Shown: in pieces, positions 23,101 through 35,429 of the stretch
Layout: each line of letters opens with the position of its first letter
Numbering within the stretch: position 1 is the stretch's first letter
Assembly (NCBI GenBank): GCA_963575745.1
Contig: CAUYUJ010000091.1
Location: 1-64,000 of the forward strand
Reading direction: 5' to 3'
From: Prorocentrum cordatum
Taxonomy: Eukaryota
Length of the DNA: 64,000 nt
Translations under genes and position numbers: made by a program
The notes under the pieces: model-generated
Database searches by the model: none
Seen by the model: the letters and a program-made list of their open reading frames with translations, nothing else
Told to the model about the DNA's origin: nothing

Positions 23101-24074
23101 GCTGCTGCTGCTGGCGCTGTGGCTGCTGGGCGGCGTGGTGGCTGTTGAGGCGGCTGGCAGCTGCAACAACTCGTAGCAGAAGACGATCTTGTCCACGCAG
23201 GGCTCGTAGACGTCGATGCCAGGACTCCTCCCGCCCCTTGGGCGTCTTTAGAGTCCTGGCCGCTGCGGCGGCCTTGTTCTTTTCCTTTGTCTTTGATGGC
23301 CCGCGCGCGAGCCACGACCGACGGGGTGACCGACGGGGCGACCGACGGGAGGCGACGGTCCCGCCCCTCCTCGGCCGTATGGCTTCCGTCCTCCTCCTCC
23401 TCCTTCTCCTCCTCCTCCTCCTCCTCCTCCTCTCCTCCTCCTCCTCCTCCTCCTCCTCCCCCTCCTCCTCCTCCTCCTCCCAGCGTGTGTTGTTGCGCCG
23501 GGCCCCTTCGGGCGCCCAGACGCCTTGGCAATGAGTGGCGACTGCTCTCAGGCGTTTGGGGTGCCCTTCTGGCCAGTTTGGGGGTTTTCCCCCGTGGCGT
23601 CGGCAACGGTGCCCCGAACTCCCCAGCCGGTCAGTCAGGCCAGTCAAGTTGCAGCCATTCCGAGGAGGGAGGGGGATGAAGGAGTAAGAGACGGAGGATG
23701 GAGGGGGACACGTGAAGAGTGGAGGAGGAGGAGGAGGAGGAGGAGGAGGAGGACGACGACGACGACGAGTAGGAGGATGAGAGGGGGACGAGCAGGAGCG
23801 AGAGGAGGGTAAGACAGAGGGGAGGAAAGGGGATCGGGGCGAGGGGGGAGGGCCTGGACGAGGAGCAGCGGCGGCGGGAGCAGCACGAGGGCCGGAGGGC
23901 GCCAGAAGTGCACGTGCACTGACCTTTCCGGGCCTGCCCCGAGGCTCAGCACGGGGGCCTGGCCAGGACCGGCGCATGCGCGCAATGGGCGGCGTGCCCG
24001 AGAGGCCTCCTCCTCCTCCTCCTCCTCCTCCTCCTCCTCCTCCTCCTCCTCCGCCGCCCCCTCCCGCCGACCAG

Positions 24075-24163
24075 GCTCTCGACGACGTGCCGTTCGACGC
24101 GGCGCGCCTGTCGGTCGACCAGCTCCGCGCGCAGCTGGAGCGCCTTGGCTCGGCGACCGCCAG
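24075..24163 (+). CDS. Candidate exon (ALDDVPFDAARLSVDQLRAQLERLGSATA)
   Basis: CCAG|G acceptor after a pyrimidine tract, CAG|GC donor, and strongly coding-like codon usage. Confidence 0.45.
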
Positions 24164-24477
24164 GCACGAAGAGGAGTTGTGCGAGGCGTTGGCGCCCCCT
24201 GCCGCCGATCCCAAGTGTGCATCCCGAGTCTGTTGCTCCTGTGCTTGCTGCACCACTGCCGTTGCTTCTCTTCACCGCTCTTGCCGTCGCGTCGTAGCAC
24301 AAAGCGGGGCGGACGTTCAAGGCGCAAGACTTGACAGTGAGCGGATGGGGTTCTTGCTGTTGGTGTGCCGCCGCTATTTTTCCCCCCCCAAACAGCTTGC
24401 TGAACAGGGTGCTGTTGTGATAGAAGAAGCTAACTCCGGCCGAGAGAATTCAAAGCAGAGACGTCCTCAAACTAATT

Positions 24478-25010
24478 TGGTGGTCCAGGCCGTTTCGCCT
24501 GAGACATCCTCGCAACTCTCGTTTCTGAGTTGTCCGGGATTGGGCGTTTCGCTTGAGACATCCTCCAAACTCTGAGTTCCCAGATGCCGCGCAAGAGGTG
24601 GTTTGGCCCGTTTCGCTTGAGAAATCCTCGAAACTCTGGGCTCCCAGATGCCGCGCGAGAGGTGGTCCGGCCCGTTTCGCTTGAGACATCCTCCAAACGC
24701 TGAGCTCCCAGATGCCGCGCGAGAGGTGGTCAGGCCCGTATCGCCTGAGACATCCTCGAAACTCTAAGCTCTGAGCTGCCGCGCAAGAGGTGGTCCAGCC
24801 CATTTCGCTTGAGACATCCTCGCAATTCTGACATCCTCGCAACTCTGAGCTCTGAGATGCCCTGCGCGAGGTGGTTCGGCCCGTCTCGCCTGAGACATCC
24901 TCGCAACTCTGAGCTCTGAGATGCCGTGCGCAAGGTGGTCTGGCCCGTTTCGCAAAAGACATTCTCGCAACTCTGAGCTCCCAGATGCCGCGCAAGAGGT
25001 GGTCCAGCCT
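24478..25010 (+). repeat. 64-bp tandem array
   Basis: Unit GAGGTGGTCCGGCCCGTTTCGCTTGAGACATCCTCGCAACTCTGAGCTCCCAGATGCCGCGCAA, starting at 24595, 24659, 24723 and 24787. More units at 25405-25580 and 25800-25985. Confidence 0.9.
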
Positions 25011-26506
25011 GGGGGCCCAGAAAACCACATGTTACATATCCCGCCTGGGACCCTGGGAGCCACAGGAGGCCCCGGAGAGTTTCAGGAGGCCGCAGGACGC
25101 CCAGGACAGGCCCCAGGTGTCCCCAGGAGATTCCCAGGAGGCTCCCAGGAGGCCTCAGGAGCCCCCCTATCAGAACGTGTCAAGTAAATACACATCCGGT
25201 ATCGATTCGTTGATTTTTTCTGCTCTTGTGGCCCCCCCCCCATTTTGGGGGGCCCAGACGGCCACATGTTAAATATCCACCCTGGGAGCCCCAAGAGGCT
25301 TCAGGAAGCCCCAGGTGGGGTCCAGAAGGCCACAGGAGGCCCAGGGGGAAGCCCCAGGAGGTCCCCAGGAGGCCCCAGGAGGCCCCAGGAGGCCCCCGCA
25401 ACTCGGAACTTTGAGACGCCGCGCTCGAGGTGGTCCGGCCCGTTTCGCCTGAGACTTCCTCGCAGCACGTGTCGCCCGAGACATCGTCGCAACTCTCGGG
25501 TCCGAGATGCCGCGCGCGAGGTGGTCCAGCCCATTACGCTGGAGACATCCTCCCAACTCTGGGCTCCGAGATGCCGTTCGGGATGAAGAGGAGGTGGAGG
25601 AGGAGGAGGAGAAGGAGGAGGAGATGGAAGGGAGAAGGAGGAGGAGGAGGATAATGTGGATGAGGGAGTAGGCAGGAGGAGGGGGAGGAGAAGGAGGAGG
25701 AGGAGGAGGAGGCGAAGGAGGAGGAGGAGGGAGAAGGAAGGGAGTTGCAGGAGAGGACCTAACGGGAAGCGAGTGTGACGCGGACTTGTCAGAACGTGTG
25801 CGAGAGGTTGTCTGGCCCGTTTCGTTTGAGACATCCTTCCAATATTGAGCTCCAAGATGTCGCTCGCGAGCTGGTCCGGCCCGTTTCGCTTGAGCCATCC
25901 TCACAATGCGAAGCTCGAAGATGTTGCGCGCGAGATGGTCTGACCCGTTCTGCCTGAGACGTTTCGTAGCACAGGGGCTCCAATCACAGCCTCTCTCATT
26001 CCTTCTCCCGCCTCCCTCTTTCCGCTTCCCGCCTGGCTCCTCTTCCCTCCTCCCTCCTCCCGCCTCCCGCCTCCCGCTGCTGCGCCTCTGCCTCCGCCTC
26101 CCAGTCCCCGCCGTCGTCGTTTCTGCCGCCTCAGCATCCGTCATGCGCGCCCTGCCTTCCGCCCTCCCCAGACATCCGACGTGCGAGAGAGTACGACACC
26201 CTCTAGCGTTAGCTTCCTGATAGGCATGCGTCACAAAAGTTTTCGTGTACACATCTCATGTGCAAACATCATGTTGTCATGTTCTAGCATGCCATGTCAG
26301 CCCACTGGACGGGACGGCAATCGACCTTGGAAACCGCAGCGGGTTTAAACACACCTGTTTGGGGATACTGCACTCCGGCTATAATTATTCCTGCTTCCCC
26401 GCGCCCAGCCGCACTCATACTCAGGCTCACTCGCACTCGGGATTACTCCCATTCGGATCCCACTCGTGCTCAGACTAGCTCATACCAAGACTCCCTTCAT
26501 ACTTGA

Positions 26507-26636
<130 letters not shown>

Positions 26637-27611
26637 TACGCTGGCCAATTCATGTTCAGCCTCGCCCATGCCCAGGCCATCTCGAGTCAGACCAGCATTT
26701 TCCGTCCATCGTGTCCGATTCCACGCAAAGCACGCGAATCCGATTCACTCAATCAGGCCCACTCGCACAAACCGCGAACAGCGCCCATGCTGTCGGGCTC
26801 AGGGAGGACGCCCGTGGTGGCCCAGTGCACGAGTTTTTCCCCACGGGCCCAGCACCACCTCGAGGTGGTACGCATCGCCTCTGGGCCTCCTAAACATGTG
26901 CCGACCAGGGGTATTGCCCGGGCCTGGTGTCGCGCCTGCATCGCAGAGACGTTCCAGGCAATGAGGAGGAGGAGGAGGAGGAGGAGGAGGAGGAGGAGGA
27001 GGCGGACGACGGACGAGGAGGAAGGAGGAGGAGGAGGGAGGAGAGGAGGAGGAGGGAGGGAAGGAGGAGGGGAGGAGGAGACTGACTGACTGACTTCCCT
27101 GGGCGAACGAAGGTACGAGTAGTCTGACTACCACCTTAGGATTCGCTGGGCGGCATGCCTGCGTGGCTGCAACTTTGCTACACACTGGCACTGGTGGAAA
27201 ACACTCGGGCCCCCAGGCAACCCACAGGGTATGAGCACGGGGCGCTGGGGTGGCGGCCCACACGATAGTTTCACCAGAGAGACGTGAGGCAACCTGCACC
27301 TCACCCTCTAGCGCGAGGCCCCCAACGGCATCCCGCACCACGGGGCCAGTGGCGAGGCAGCCCCGAGCCTCTCCCTTGCTCAGGGGGGCGATGTTGTGCC
27401 CCCCTGAATTTACCTCTGGCCCGTCCCTGAGGACGCGGCTGAATTTTAGCTGTCGGGATGAAGCGGCCCCTGGGATTCTCCTGAGCAGATTCAGAGAGGG
27501 AGGAGGTGAAGGAGGCGAGGGCTGCTTCTCTACTCACGAGGCCCCCAGAAACCAACTCATTCGGACGATGACTATCCGCTAGGCTTCTCATCCTCCTCCT
27601 TTCGGCCTCGC

Positions 27612-28386
27612 CTAGTTTGGCTCCAGCTTGTTCAAGAGCGCTCGCGCGTTCCTCTCCAAAGCCCCGCGTGGGGCTGCTCCAACCAGGATTTCCCCTCCGT
27701 GCCTGATGATATCCGAGCGAATGGTGCCGTCGAGCTCCTGAGCGATCGTCGTCGTCGAGAGAGCCCACTGCAGCCGTACCTTGCCCTCCATGCGCTTGGA
27801 CTTCTTCTTGGCCTCTTTGCCCTGCGGCGCCCGCACCCTGAAGTATTTGATGTCCATCGCCGCGTCCACGAGCTCGTACTTCATAATTTTCTCGGTCCAG
27901 TACTTGGTGAGCGTGTCTCTCGCCTGGCCGGCCTCTGTTCTCGCGAGGAGAGCCTTGATGAACTCCTTCCATACGTGTAGATGTGGGCTGCCCAGCTTCG
28001 CTGTGTCCACCGCGTCGTCCTCCTTTGCCTTTTCCTTTGAATCGATCGCCGCCTTGTGGTAGCTCTTGCCCGCCAGGATGGCCGCCTGAATGCAAGGAGC
28101 TGTGCTCGAGATGATCACCGTGACGAAGACCACGCTGATGACCGACCTGAGGTCTCCCGCCATGCTGGGCACAAGGTTGGCGAGAATGAGCACGATTTGC
28201 TGGACGATTTGAGGTTTGGTGGCGTCTTTGCCTGCTGCTCCTTTGGCCTGCTCCACCAGCTCCTGCGCTTGCTCCTGCCGCGGGTCTCTTGTTGCTCGGT
28301 AGTCCCCAGCGCACCTGAGCGATGCCTGCCTCCTTTGTCCACGGAGGCTCCTCTGCGTCCTGCTCCATGTCGTCCACTTCGGCCAT
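27612..28386 (-). CDS. Unknown helical protein encoded 3' of the RT ORF within LINE-C (probably one frameshift near its 5' end)
   Basis: High-complexity 214-aa frame 27612-28256 (AGKSYH, LGSPHLHVW, GAAPRGALER). The ATG at 28386 in another frame (MAEVDDMEQ) overlaps the tail of the RT frame. Confidence 0.6.
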
Positions 28387-30249
28387 ACGGAATGTTCTTA
28401 CCCACAGTAGCGGGCGCCCGAATATCAGGTATGAAAGGCAGATGGCGATCGAGGTGATCTCGAAGCTCGAGCCGCGAACCAGCTACATAATCACATCCAG
28501 GACAATGTAATGTGTTGCGCTCTTGTGCACGGACGAGTGTTCGAGCGAGGTCGACCACGCAGCATCCTCTCTGAACAAAGCGAGCTTAGTGCCGACGTGC
28601 TGTGACCTCGGTGGTGAAGACCTATTCACACACGATGCAGACGTTCGTCGGGTTATAAACGAGCAAGCGTTGACGATACTGTGTGCTTGTCGAGCGTGCG
28701 TGCGAAGGGCCCGTTTCGAATAGAAAATGCTACCACACGTTCTCCCATCCACATCCACCTGACACTTAAATTCCTCCTCCACCTCGTGAATCACCTTCTC
28801 CTCCTCGTCGAAACCAAATGCGGAGTCCACCTCGGGTTTGCTTGCCCGTGGGAGAAAACATGTTGGGGGCGGTACGTTTTTGCTGAATGTGCTTGCACGG
28901 AGGATGTTGGCATCGATATTGCAGAAGTCTTCACGAGTTAGCGGGCCTTTTAGCCAGGCCACGATATGCGGACCAGCGCTCTATTGCAGTCGAAGAGCTT
29001 CGTCGGAGACCTGAATGAGCGAGCCAGCGTCTTGTTGTACCCGCTTTGCCCAAGGACGGGCCAGCGCGCAAATGAAGTCATCGTCGGCCGCCGCGCGTCA
29101 TTGCTGGCCGCCGATGGTGCCAAAAAGAGCCCCGAAGAACTGGACGTTGTTGTTCCTGTCCTTTGCCGCCTGATGTAGCCACTTCAACCTTCTCGCCCTC
29201 TCACCCGCAACTCAGCTTGAGACCTGGGAATCTTCCAATGTGCCAAGACTTCTGTGTTCGTCAGCGCGTGCACTGTGCCGTCCTCCTCGTTGCGCGCGCA
29301 GGCTGCACCTTATAGCTGGACGAGCCAAAGAAGCAATCGTCCCGTCGAGCGCGTCGCACTGCTCGCGCGTAGGCAGGACAACCTCCACCGCGGTACGCGC
29401 CGCGTTCACAACTCTTCCAATCAGCACAGTCCTTCGCCATCTCCACGGGACACGCTTGGCACTCCAGAAGGATCCCAGTGAGTAACATGCTGCTTTGGCC
29501 GCGGAGATCCTCTTCGCAAGTTCGATGCCAAAGCTCTGGATATGTGTTTGAATGGGGCCCAAGTGGCGTGCGTGATCCACTATCTGACCGCGCCATTTTT
29601 TTGCTGTTCCCGTCGCAGTAAGCCCCTTCTCGCTATGCCACTTCCATTGCCATGCAAAGCCATGGCGTTGACCTGCTTTGACTTGTTCTGAGTCAGTCCG
29701 ATCTTGAGCAGTTGCTCGTCCATGAGCTTGTCAGAGTCCTGCAACTGACCCCTCAGCTCGTCCAGGTTCACATCCTCTGTTAGCGCCAGCTGGTTTTGCG
29801 AGATCTTTTTGTTGACATCGTCAGCGTACAAGTGCAAGCTGAGATCCGTTTCGCGCCTTGTGATCGGGCACTTGACCGCCAGCATTTTACCAGCATCATC
29901 TTTTTGGCGCCACTGCGTCGCCCGCGGCTCAATGGCATGAGTAAGGGCTTGGGGGGCCCCCCATGAGGCCCCCCTCCGTCGGCCTACAGTGGGGCGTACC
30001 CTCAGCTGCTGGAAGCTGCACTTGCGCTCGCCGATTTCGCTGATGAGCCAGTCGTAAGTCTTTGTCCCGTGCCGCAGCAGAAGCCGCCCTCTCCATATAA
30101 TGCCAGCCAACTGATGGAAAATCGTTGGTCATGTCCTTGAAGCCGTCAATACATGAGCACCTCAATTGCCTGAGAGTGTAGCCCGTGATCATTGAAGCCA
30201 TGATAGCACTTCCCGGGCGTCTCCCTCGCGCGCATCCACGATGCTCTGC

Positions 30250-30462
30250 TCTGGACGCCCGACATGGGCACTGAAAGAATGGGTACAATGCCCAACAGCA
30301 GTTCCTGTTCATTTTGAACAGGGCTCGCTGTCCGCGCCGCCGCGGCCTGTGTCCATTCGAGGCAGAAGGCCGCCTGTCCAACAGCGGCCGCTGTTGGTTT
30401 GGGACAACATTTGTTGTTGGGCATTGTACCCATTCTTTCGGTACCCATTTCGGGTGTCCAAA
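30250..30462. mobile_element. MITE with ~50-bp TIRs and TCTGC target-site duplication, inserted in the LINE-C RT
   Basis: TGGACGCCCGACATGGGCACTGAAAGAATGGGTACAATGCCCAACA pairs with 30415-30460. TCTGC flanks both sides. Removal restores HHHFPAEHRGCAR. Confidence 0.85.
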
Positions 30463-30887
30463 TCTGCTGGAAAGTGGTGGTGGGCGACGTGCTGCGATGC
30501 AATTTGAAGAAAAAACCTTAGCCCAAGACGCGAAGAATGTGTCGAAGTCGCCGCCCTTTGGGTCCAGGTTGTTCGTTTTTTCCTTGCCGCGGAACACTCA
30601 GAAATTTGCCAGTTCAAAGCGGTAATCTGATGATCTCGCAGAAGGTAGAAAGCCATGTGCAGGCATGCCTCGATGAAGCTGTTGCCCGTGCCTTGCAGAT
30701 CGTAGCCAATTCCCTTTGTGGAAAGCATCTCGTGCAGGGCGAAGTGGTATCCGGAAAAAAGCTCCGCTGGCGGAGAGCCTGCGGGGCACGCGTTCCTCTT
30801 CGGGGTCTGTACCGGATGCCGCCTCAGCCGCTTAATGTCTCTCTGACTGTCGAGAAAGACATCATCATCATCAGCATCATCATCATT

Positions 30888-30936
<49 letters not shown>

Positions 30937-32864
30937 AGGGCGTCATCATCTTGAAGCTCAGGCACGTCCGCGTTCTCTTCTATACATTGCCAAGGATCTG
31001 GGATATTGGGCAACTCATCTGGGATTTCTTCACATTCAAGCTCTTCCACCTGTCCGCGTGGGTTTGGTGTAATCTCCACTGCGCTCATGCCTCCATCTTT
31101 GCCCGCCAGCTCGAGCGCCTCCACCCGCTCCTGCTTCGTCGGGTTCGCGAGGGGCAGAGCTCGAAGGTCCCGTCGTTTTGTGCCCGTCCTGTTGTTCCCC
31201 AGTCTGATCGTCGCGCGGTTCGCCTGGGCAAATCTCCGAGCCTCCCAGTGCTGTTTAATCTCTTCCTCGATGGCTGCTCTGGTCTGCTGTCGTGCTCAAC
31301 TTCTGATTCTCCCGCATTCCTTTGAGATTGCTCTGAGTTGTGCTTGAACATCTTCAATGGTCGTATATGTTGCCCACGTAGCCTCCCGCAAATGACGCCT
31401 CTGCTGTAAGATCGCCAAACGAGCCTTTTCTGTGAACTTTGTTAGATTCGTCGACAAAGTGCGGCGTGGGGAAGTGGCCCAGCCCAATTCTATCCACGTT
31501 CTGCTCCAAATAGGCGAAGATGGCGTCTGGTGTCTTCTGCAAGCCCAGCTGGACCCACTCCTCCATGTCGTTGCGCAGAAACTCGTCAAGCTGCGCCAAA
31601 TACTCGCGCTTGCGATCTCCGTGCCAAAGGGCGTGAATCAAAGAGTATCTATCCCGTTTCTTTCGACTACGCTCATTTTCGCTGTCATTGCAAGTGGCCA
31701 ATCTGTCGTATAGCACACGCGCATGCACAGGAACGGCCTCGCAGCTGCCGGCGCCGAATAAGTTGCAATCGTCTGCCCAACTTCAGCAACGGAGTACACT
31801 TTTGCAGAGCGTCCTTCCACGTGAGCGGGCCCATGATGTAGTCGATACGAGTGGCTTCGCCCTTATTGCCAAACCACGTTGGATCCAAACTGTCATTGTA
31901 CACTGCCATATGATGCCTCAGAAGAACTTCCCTGAGGTTCTCACCCACACCCTTCGTGAACTCCTTCGTCGCGTTCCGCTCGCTGATGACCGCCTCGCCG
32001 ACTTAACCAGTCTTAGCAACAGATCCGATTCTAAAGCCGTCGTTCAAGTCCGTCATGATGAGCGGCAGAGAAGAAGAGTGCGGTGTGTTGAGAAGCGCCT
32101 GGTCCAGCCACTGTGTCATGCGCGTGTAGGTCTCTTTGTAGTGAGCGCCAGCTTTGGCCGTCTTGGGCCGTGGTGGGAAGTGCATCGCTATTGCTGTCAA
32201 GTCCATCAAGCCGTTCTCGCACTTCGCTGCCGGTACACGTCCTTCAAGTGGCGCTGGCGTTGGAAATACGCTACGAAGGCGGTCTTTAGAACAGCGCCTT
32301 CCCCACAAGAGCCTGCATCCAGCTGCATGATTTGTGTAAGCTCCATGGTCCCAGCCTGAATCGATAACCAGCCGTCCCATTGCAGCTGGCTGGAGTCCGT
32401 CTGCATAGCCAGGGGTGGCCTTGGATTGCGTGCCCACGAGCGCGACCACGTCGAAACTGCTAACCTCGTCGTCGATGTCCTCGGCCCTGGACCCCAGCGC
32501 GGACAACGGGTTGATGACCCCAACGAGCAGTGGCAGCACCCTCATGGACCTGCCAGCGTGGGGCCTGACCACTTGTGCAGCCGCCATCGCCCGCGCCGCG
32601 GGGCGGTGCCTGGCGGTGTGGGGAGGGCTGGGGCTCCCACATGCGGCCTCGCATCCTGTTCTTGGGCGGGGGCTGAGGAGGAGGAGGAGGAGGAGGAGGA
32701 GGAGGAGGAGGAGGAGGAGGAGGAGGGGGAGGAGGGAGGGCGAGGAGGAGGAGGAGCTCCTGCTCACAGGCCCAGGGCCGCCGCAGTGCAGCAGGCGACG
32801 CGTTTGGGCCCCCCACCTCTGTGCCGACCAGGAGTGATCATGCCCACCGTTCTTCGAAAACCAT

Positions 32865-33000
32865 GCGGGCCGTCTTCGCCGACATTCGCGTGCAAACTGC
32901 CCGCGTAAGGTCGCGCGTGCCGCGCTGGCGGCCCGCGCATGCTGCAGCGTAAGGTCGCTATGCCATATCGCGTAAGACCCGTTTCTGATCGTCGCTCATG
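32865..33000 (+). repeat. Dispersed family F (CGCGTAAGGTCGC…CGCGTAAGACCCGTTT.TGATCG.CGCTCA)
   Basis: Copies at ~41455-41606, ~43300-43351 (partial) and ~63318-63456. Confidence 0.7.
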
Positions 33001-34715
33001 TGACCCGTTTGACCGTTCGACGCGACATCTGCTTGAAACGCTCTGCGCGCCAGGGTCGCGACCTGCGGCGGGCCCTGCGCAGCTCCGAGCAGCATGTGTC
33101 GTGGGCGCGGCTCTCCCTTGGGAGTGGCCTGCTCTCGTTGCCCGCGGCGGCCGCGGGCACGGTGTGGCGCGCTGCGAAGATTTGCGCAGGCGTGTGAGGG
33201 CCAGTGTCGGCGGCGAGCGGGGGGGAGTAGTGAGAAGGGCCAGTGTCGGCGGCGAGCGGTCCTGCTCTCGAAGAAGAAGAAACGCCATGAACATAACATT
33301 TTGGCGTCCGCGCGGAGGCGCGCTCCGCGCACCAGGGGTGGCGCCGGAGGCGCCGCCGGGGGGCCCAGCGCGGATCCATGAAATTCGCGCAGAGCGCCAA
33401 CAGTTTATGTTTATGGCGTCTTTTTTTTTTTTTCTACTTTCAGAAGGCTCGGAAGTCCCTCGGCCTTCTGCGAAATGTCCTGAGCCTTCCCCGAAGACAC
33501 TTCGGATACTTCTCCGAGGGGCGCGAGGGCTTCTCTGAGGAAGGAGGAGGCCTCCTCCTTCTCACTTCCCCCCTCGCTCGTCGCCGAGAAAGGGGCCGCC
33601 AACGCACCACCACTTATCATTACCACAGTCACGTGGCTGAAAGGCCGGGCGGAAGCAGTGGGCCACACCCGGCCTGGTTAGGCTGGCAGCTCCGGTGCGC
33701 AGTAGAACGGGACGGCCGACCGGGGTGCAGATGCTGCTTGGGCCTGCCGGAGCTGCGGGGGCCTCCCCCGCCCGCCGCCGAGGGTGGGCGCGGGGGGGCG
33801 GGGAGGTGGGCGCCCCGCGAGGGCCTTTCCGAGGGCGGGGGGGGGGCCCGGTGGGCGCCGCGCGCTGGGGGGGGGGGGGGGGGGCCTGGGCCTGGGGGGA
33901 GGGCTCCCCTGGGCGGGCGCGGGGCGGCGGCGGCGGGAGGCACAGCAGCGAGAGCGCACCAGGGGCCCGATGCTGCGAGAGGCAGCGCCCGCGCCGAGGG
34001 GCGCCGGAAGTTTGTGACCCGCGCTGCGGCGCTGTGCTTGGCTGGATCGGTTTGCGGCGGCGGGAGGCACAGCAGCGAACGCGCACGCCGAGCACCAGCG
34101 CCCGCGCCGAGGGGCGCTGGAAGCTTACCGCCCGCGCTGCCGCGCTGCGCTTTGCTCGATCGGTTTGCACCTCTGGGCGGGCGCGGGGTTGCGGTGCTGG
34201 GAGCCACAGCAGAGGACGCACGCCGGGCACCAGCGCCCGATTTTTCCGAGGCAGCACCAGCGCCGAGAGGTGCTCGGAGTTTGTGACCCGCGCTGCCGTG
34301 CCGTGTGTGTTTCTTGATCGATTGGGCGGTGCCCTCTTGTGGCTTGAAGTTGTGCGGCGTGACTGTAAGGTTTCGGCGGCCCATAATGCCTCTCGTTTTC
34401 TCGTGTTTCTCTCTCTCTCTCTCGCTTTCTCACTCTTGTTTTTCTTTCTCTTGCTTTTCGCCCTCTCTCTCTGCCATCCCCTGCTTTTACTTTCTCTCCC
34501 GCTCACTCCGTTCCTTCTTTACTCATCGTCCTCTGATTGCCCTTTCCTCCCCTCCCTCCCCCCCGTTCTCCTCCTCAATCCTTCTCTGCCCCCTCCTCAC
34601 CCACTTCATCTCCGTCGGTCTTGGGAGAAGGCCTCTGTCCCTGCAGGGCCGTGGCTGAAAACAGCTGCCCTACACGTGATCGTTCTGTATTCCTTGTTTT
34701 GCCGATCCGCGCGGG

Positions 34716-34756
<41 letters not shown>

Positions 34757-35429
34757 ATGGAGTAGATCTTGGCTGTTTTTTGTCGGCGCCTGTTTCGAGC
34801 GGGTGGAGCCTCCCTCAGGGGCAGCACTCTTGCAAATAGTCGCGCTAAGCAGAGGCCTGGAGCCATACCCCCCCTCCCCCCGAACGACGAAACGCCGAAT
34901 ATAAACGCCGCATGCCGAAGCGCCCCGTGTCGAGACGCCCCGTGTCGAAGCGCCGGACGTCGAAGCGCCCGAGCCAGACCCCGCCCAGTGCCGAAACGCC
35001 GAAGCCAAAAAGAGGCGCTCCTTTCCCCCCCCTCTCCTCCCCACCGGGGGGCGGGCGCGCCCTGCCCCCCTCGGGGGTGCACAGACCTCCTGCCCTGACG
35101 CGTCGATCAGGGAATGGGCCGTTTTCGGTTCACGAGAGGGCGTCGCGGCCGTCATCTTTGCGGGTCCAGGTCCGTCGGTTTCGGTCCCAGGCCGTTTTCC
35201 ATAGAGGGAGGTTTACTCAAGGAAGGTTTGTCCACCGCCAAGAGAAGCGCATCGGCGTGGCGCGTGCCGCGCCCGAGCAGAGGCGCGGCGACGGCTCCAC
35301 CCGCCACGTCGGCGGCATTGCGGAGGGGCACCCCGCTGGGCCCCCCTCCCCCGGCATCGTGCAACGGATCCCCCTCCCTAGACGTGATCGCGCCGTTGAA
35401 AAATATTCAGGACGGGAGCTTGTTGGCTA

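Larger units (their letters stand above)
27081..32674 (-). mobile_element. Decayed full-length LINE (LINE-C, RTE-like): APE + RT + two C2H2 fingers + downstream ORF + 3' UTR with (CAGT)n tail
   Basis: APE: INP, DVVALVGT, HFPP, IMTDLND, TRIDY. RT: FKDMTNDFPSV, GGLMG, LYADD, LTQNKSK, RHLGP..RISAAKAACYSLGSFW. C2H2: CQVDVDGRTCGSIFYSKRALRTHARQAH and CPGCDYVAGSRLELRDHLDRH. Many stops and frameshifts. Bounded by (GAG)n on both sides. Confidence 0.88.

Noticed and set aside
24478..25010. CRISPR-like array
   Set aside because: The whole 64-bp unit is repeated, with no unique spacers.
32560..32674. HDV-like ribozyme at the LINE-C 5' end
   Set aside because: GC-rich stems exist, but the nested double pseudoknot could not be assigned by eye.
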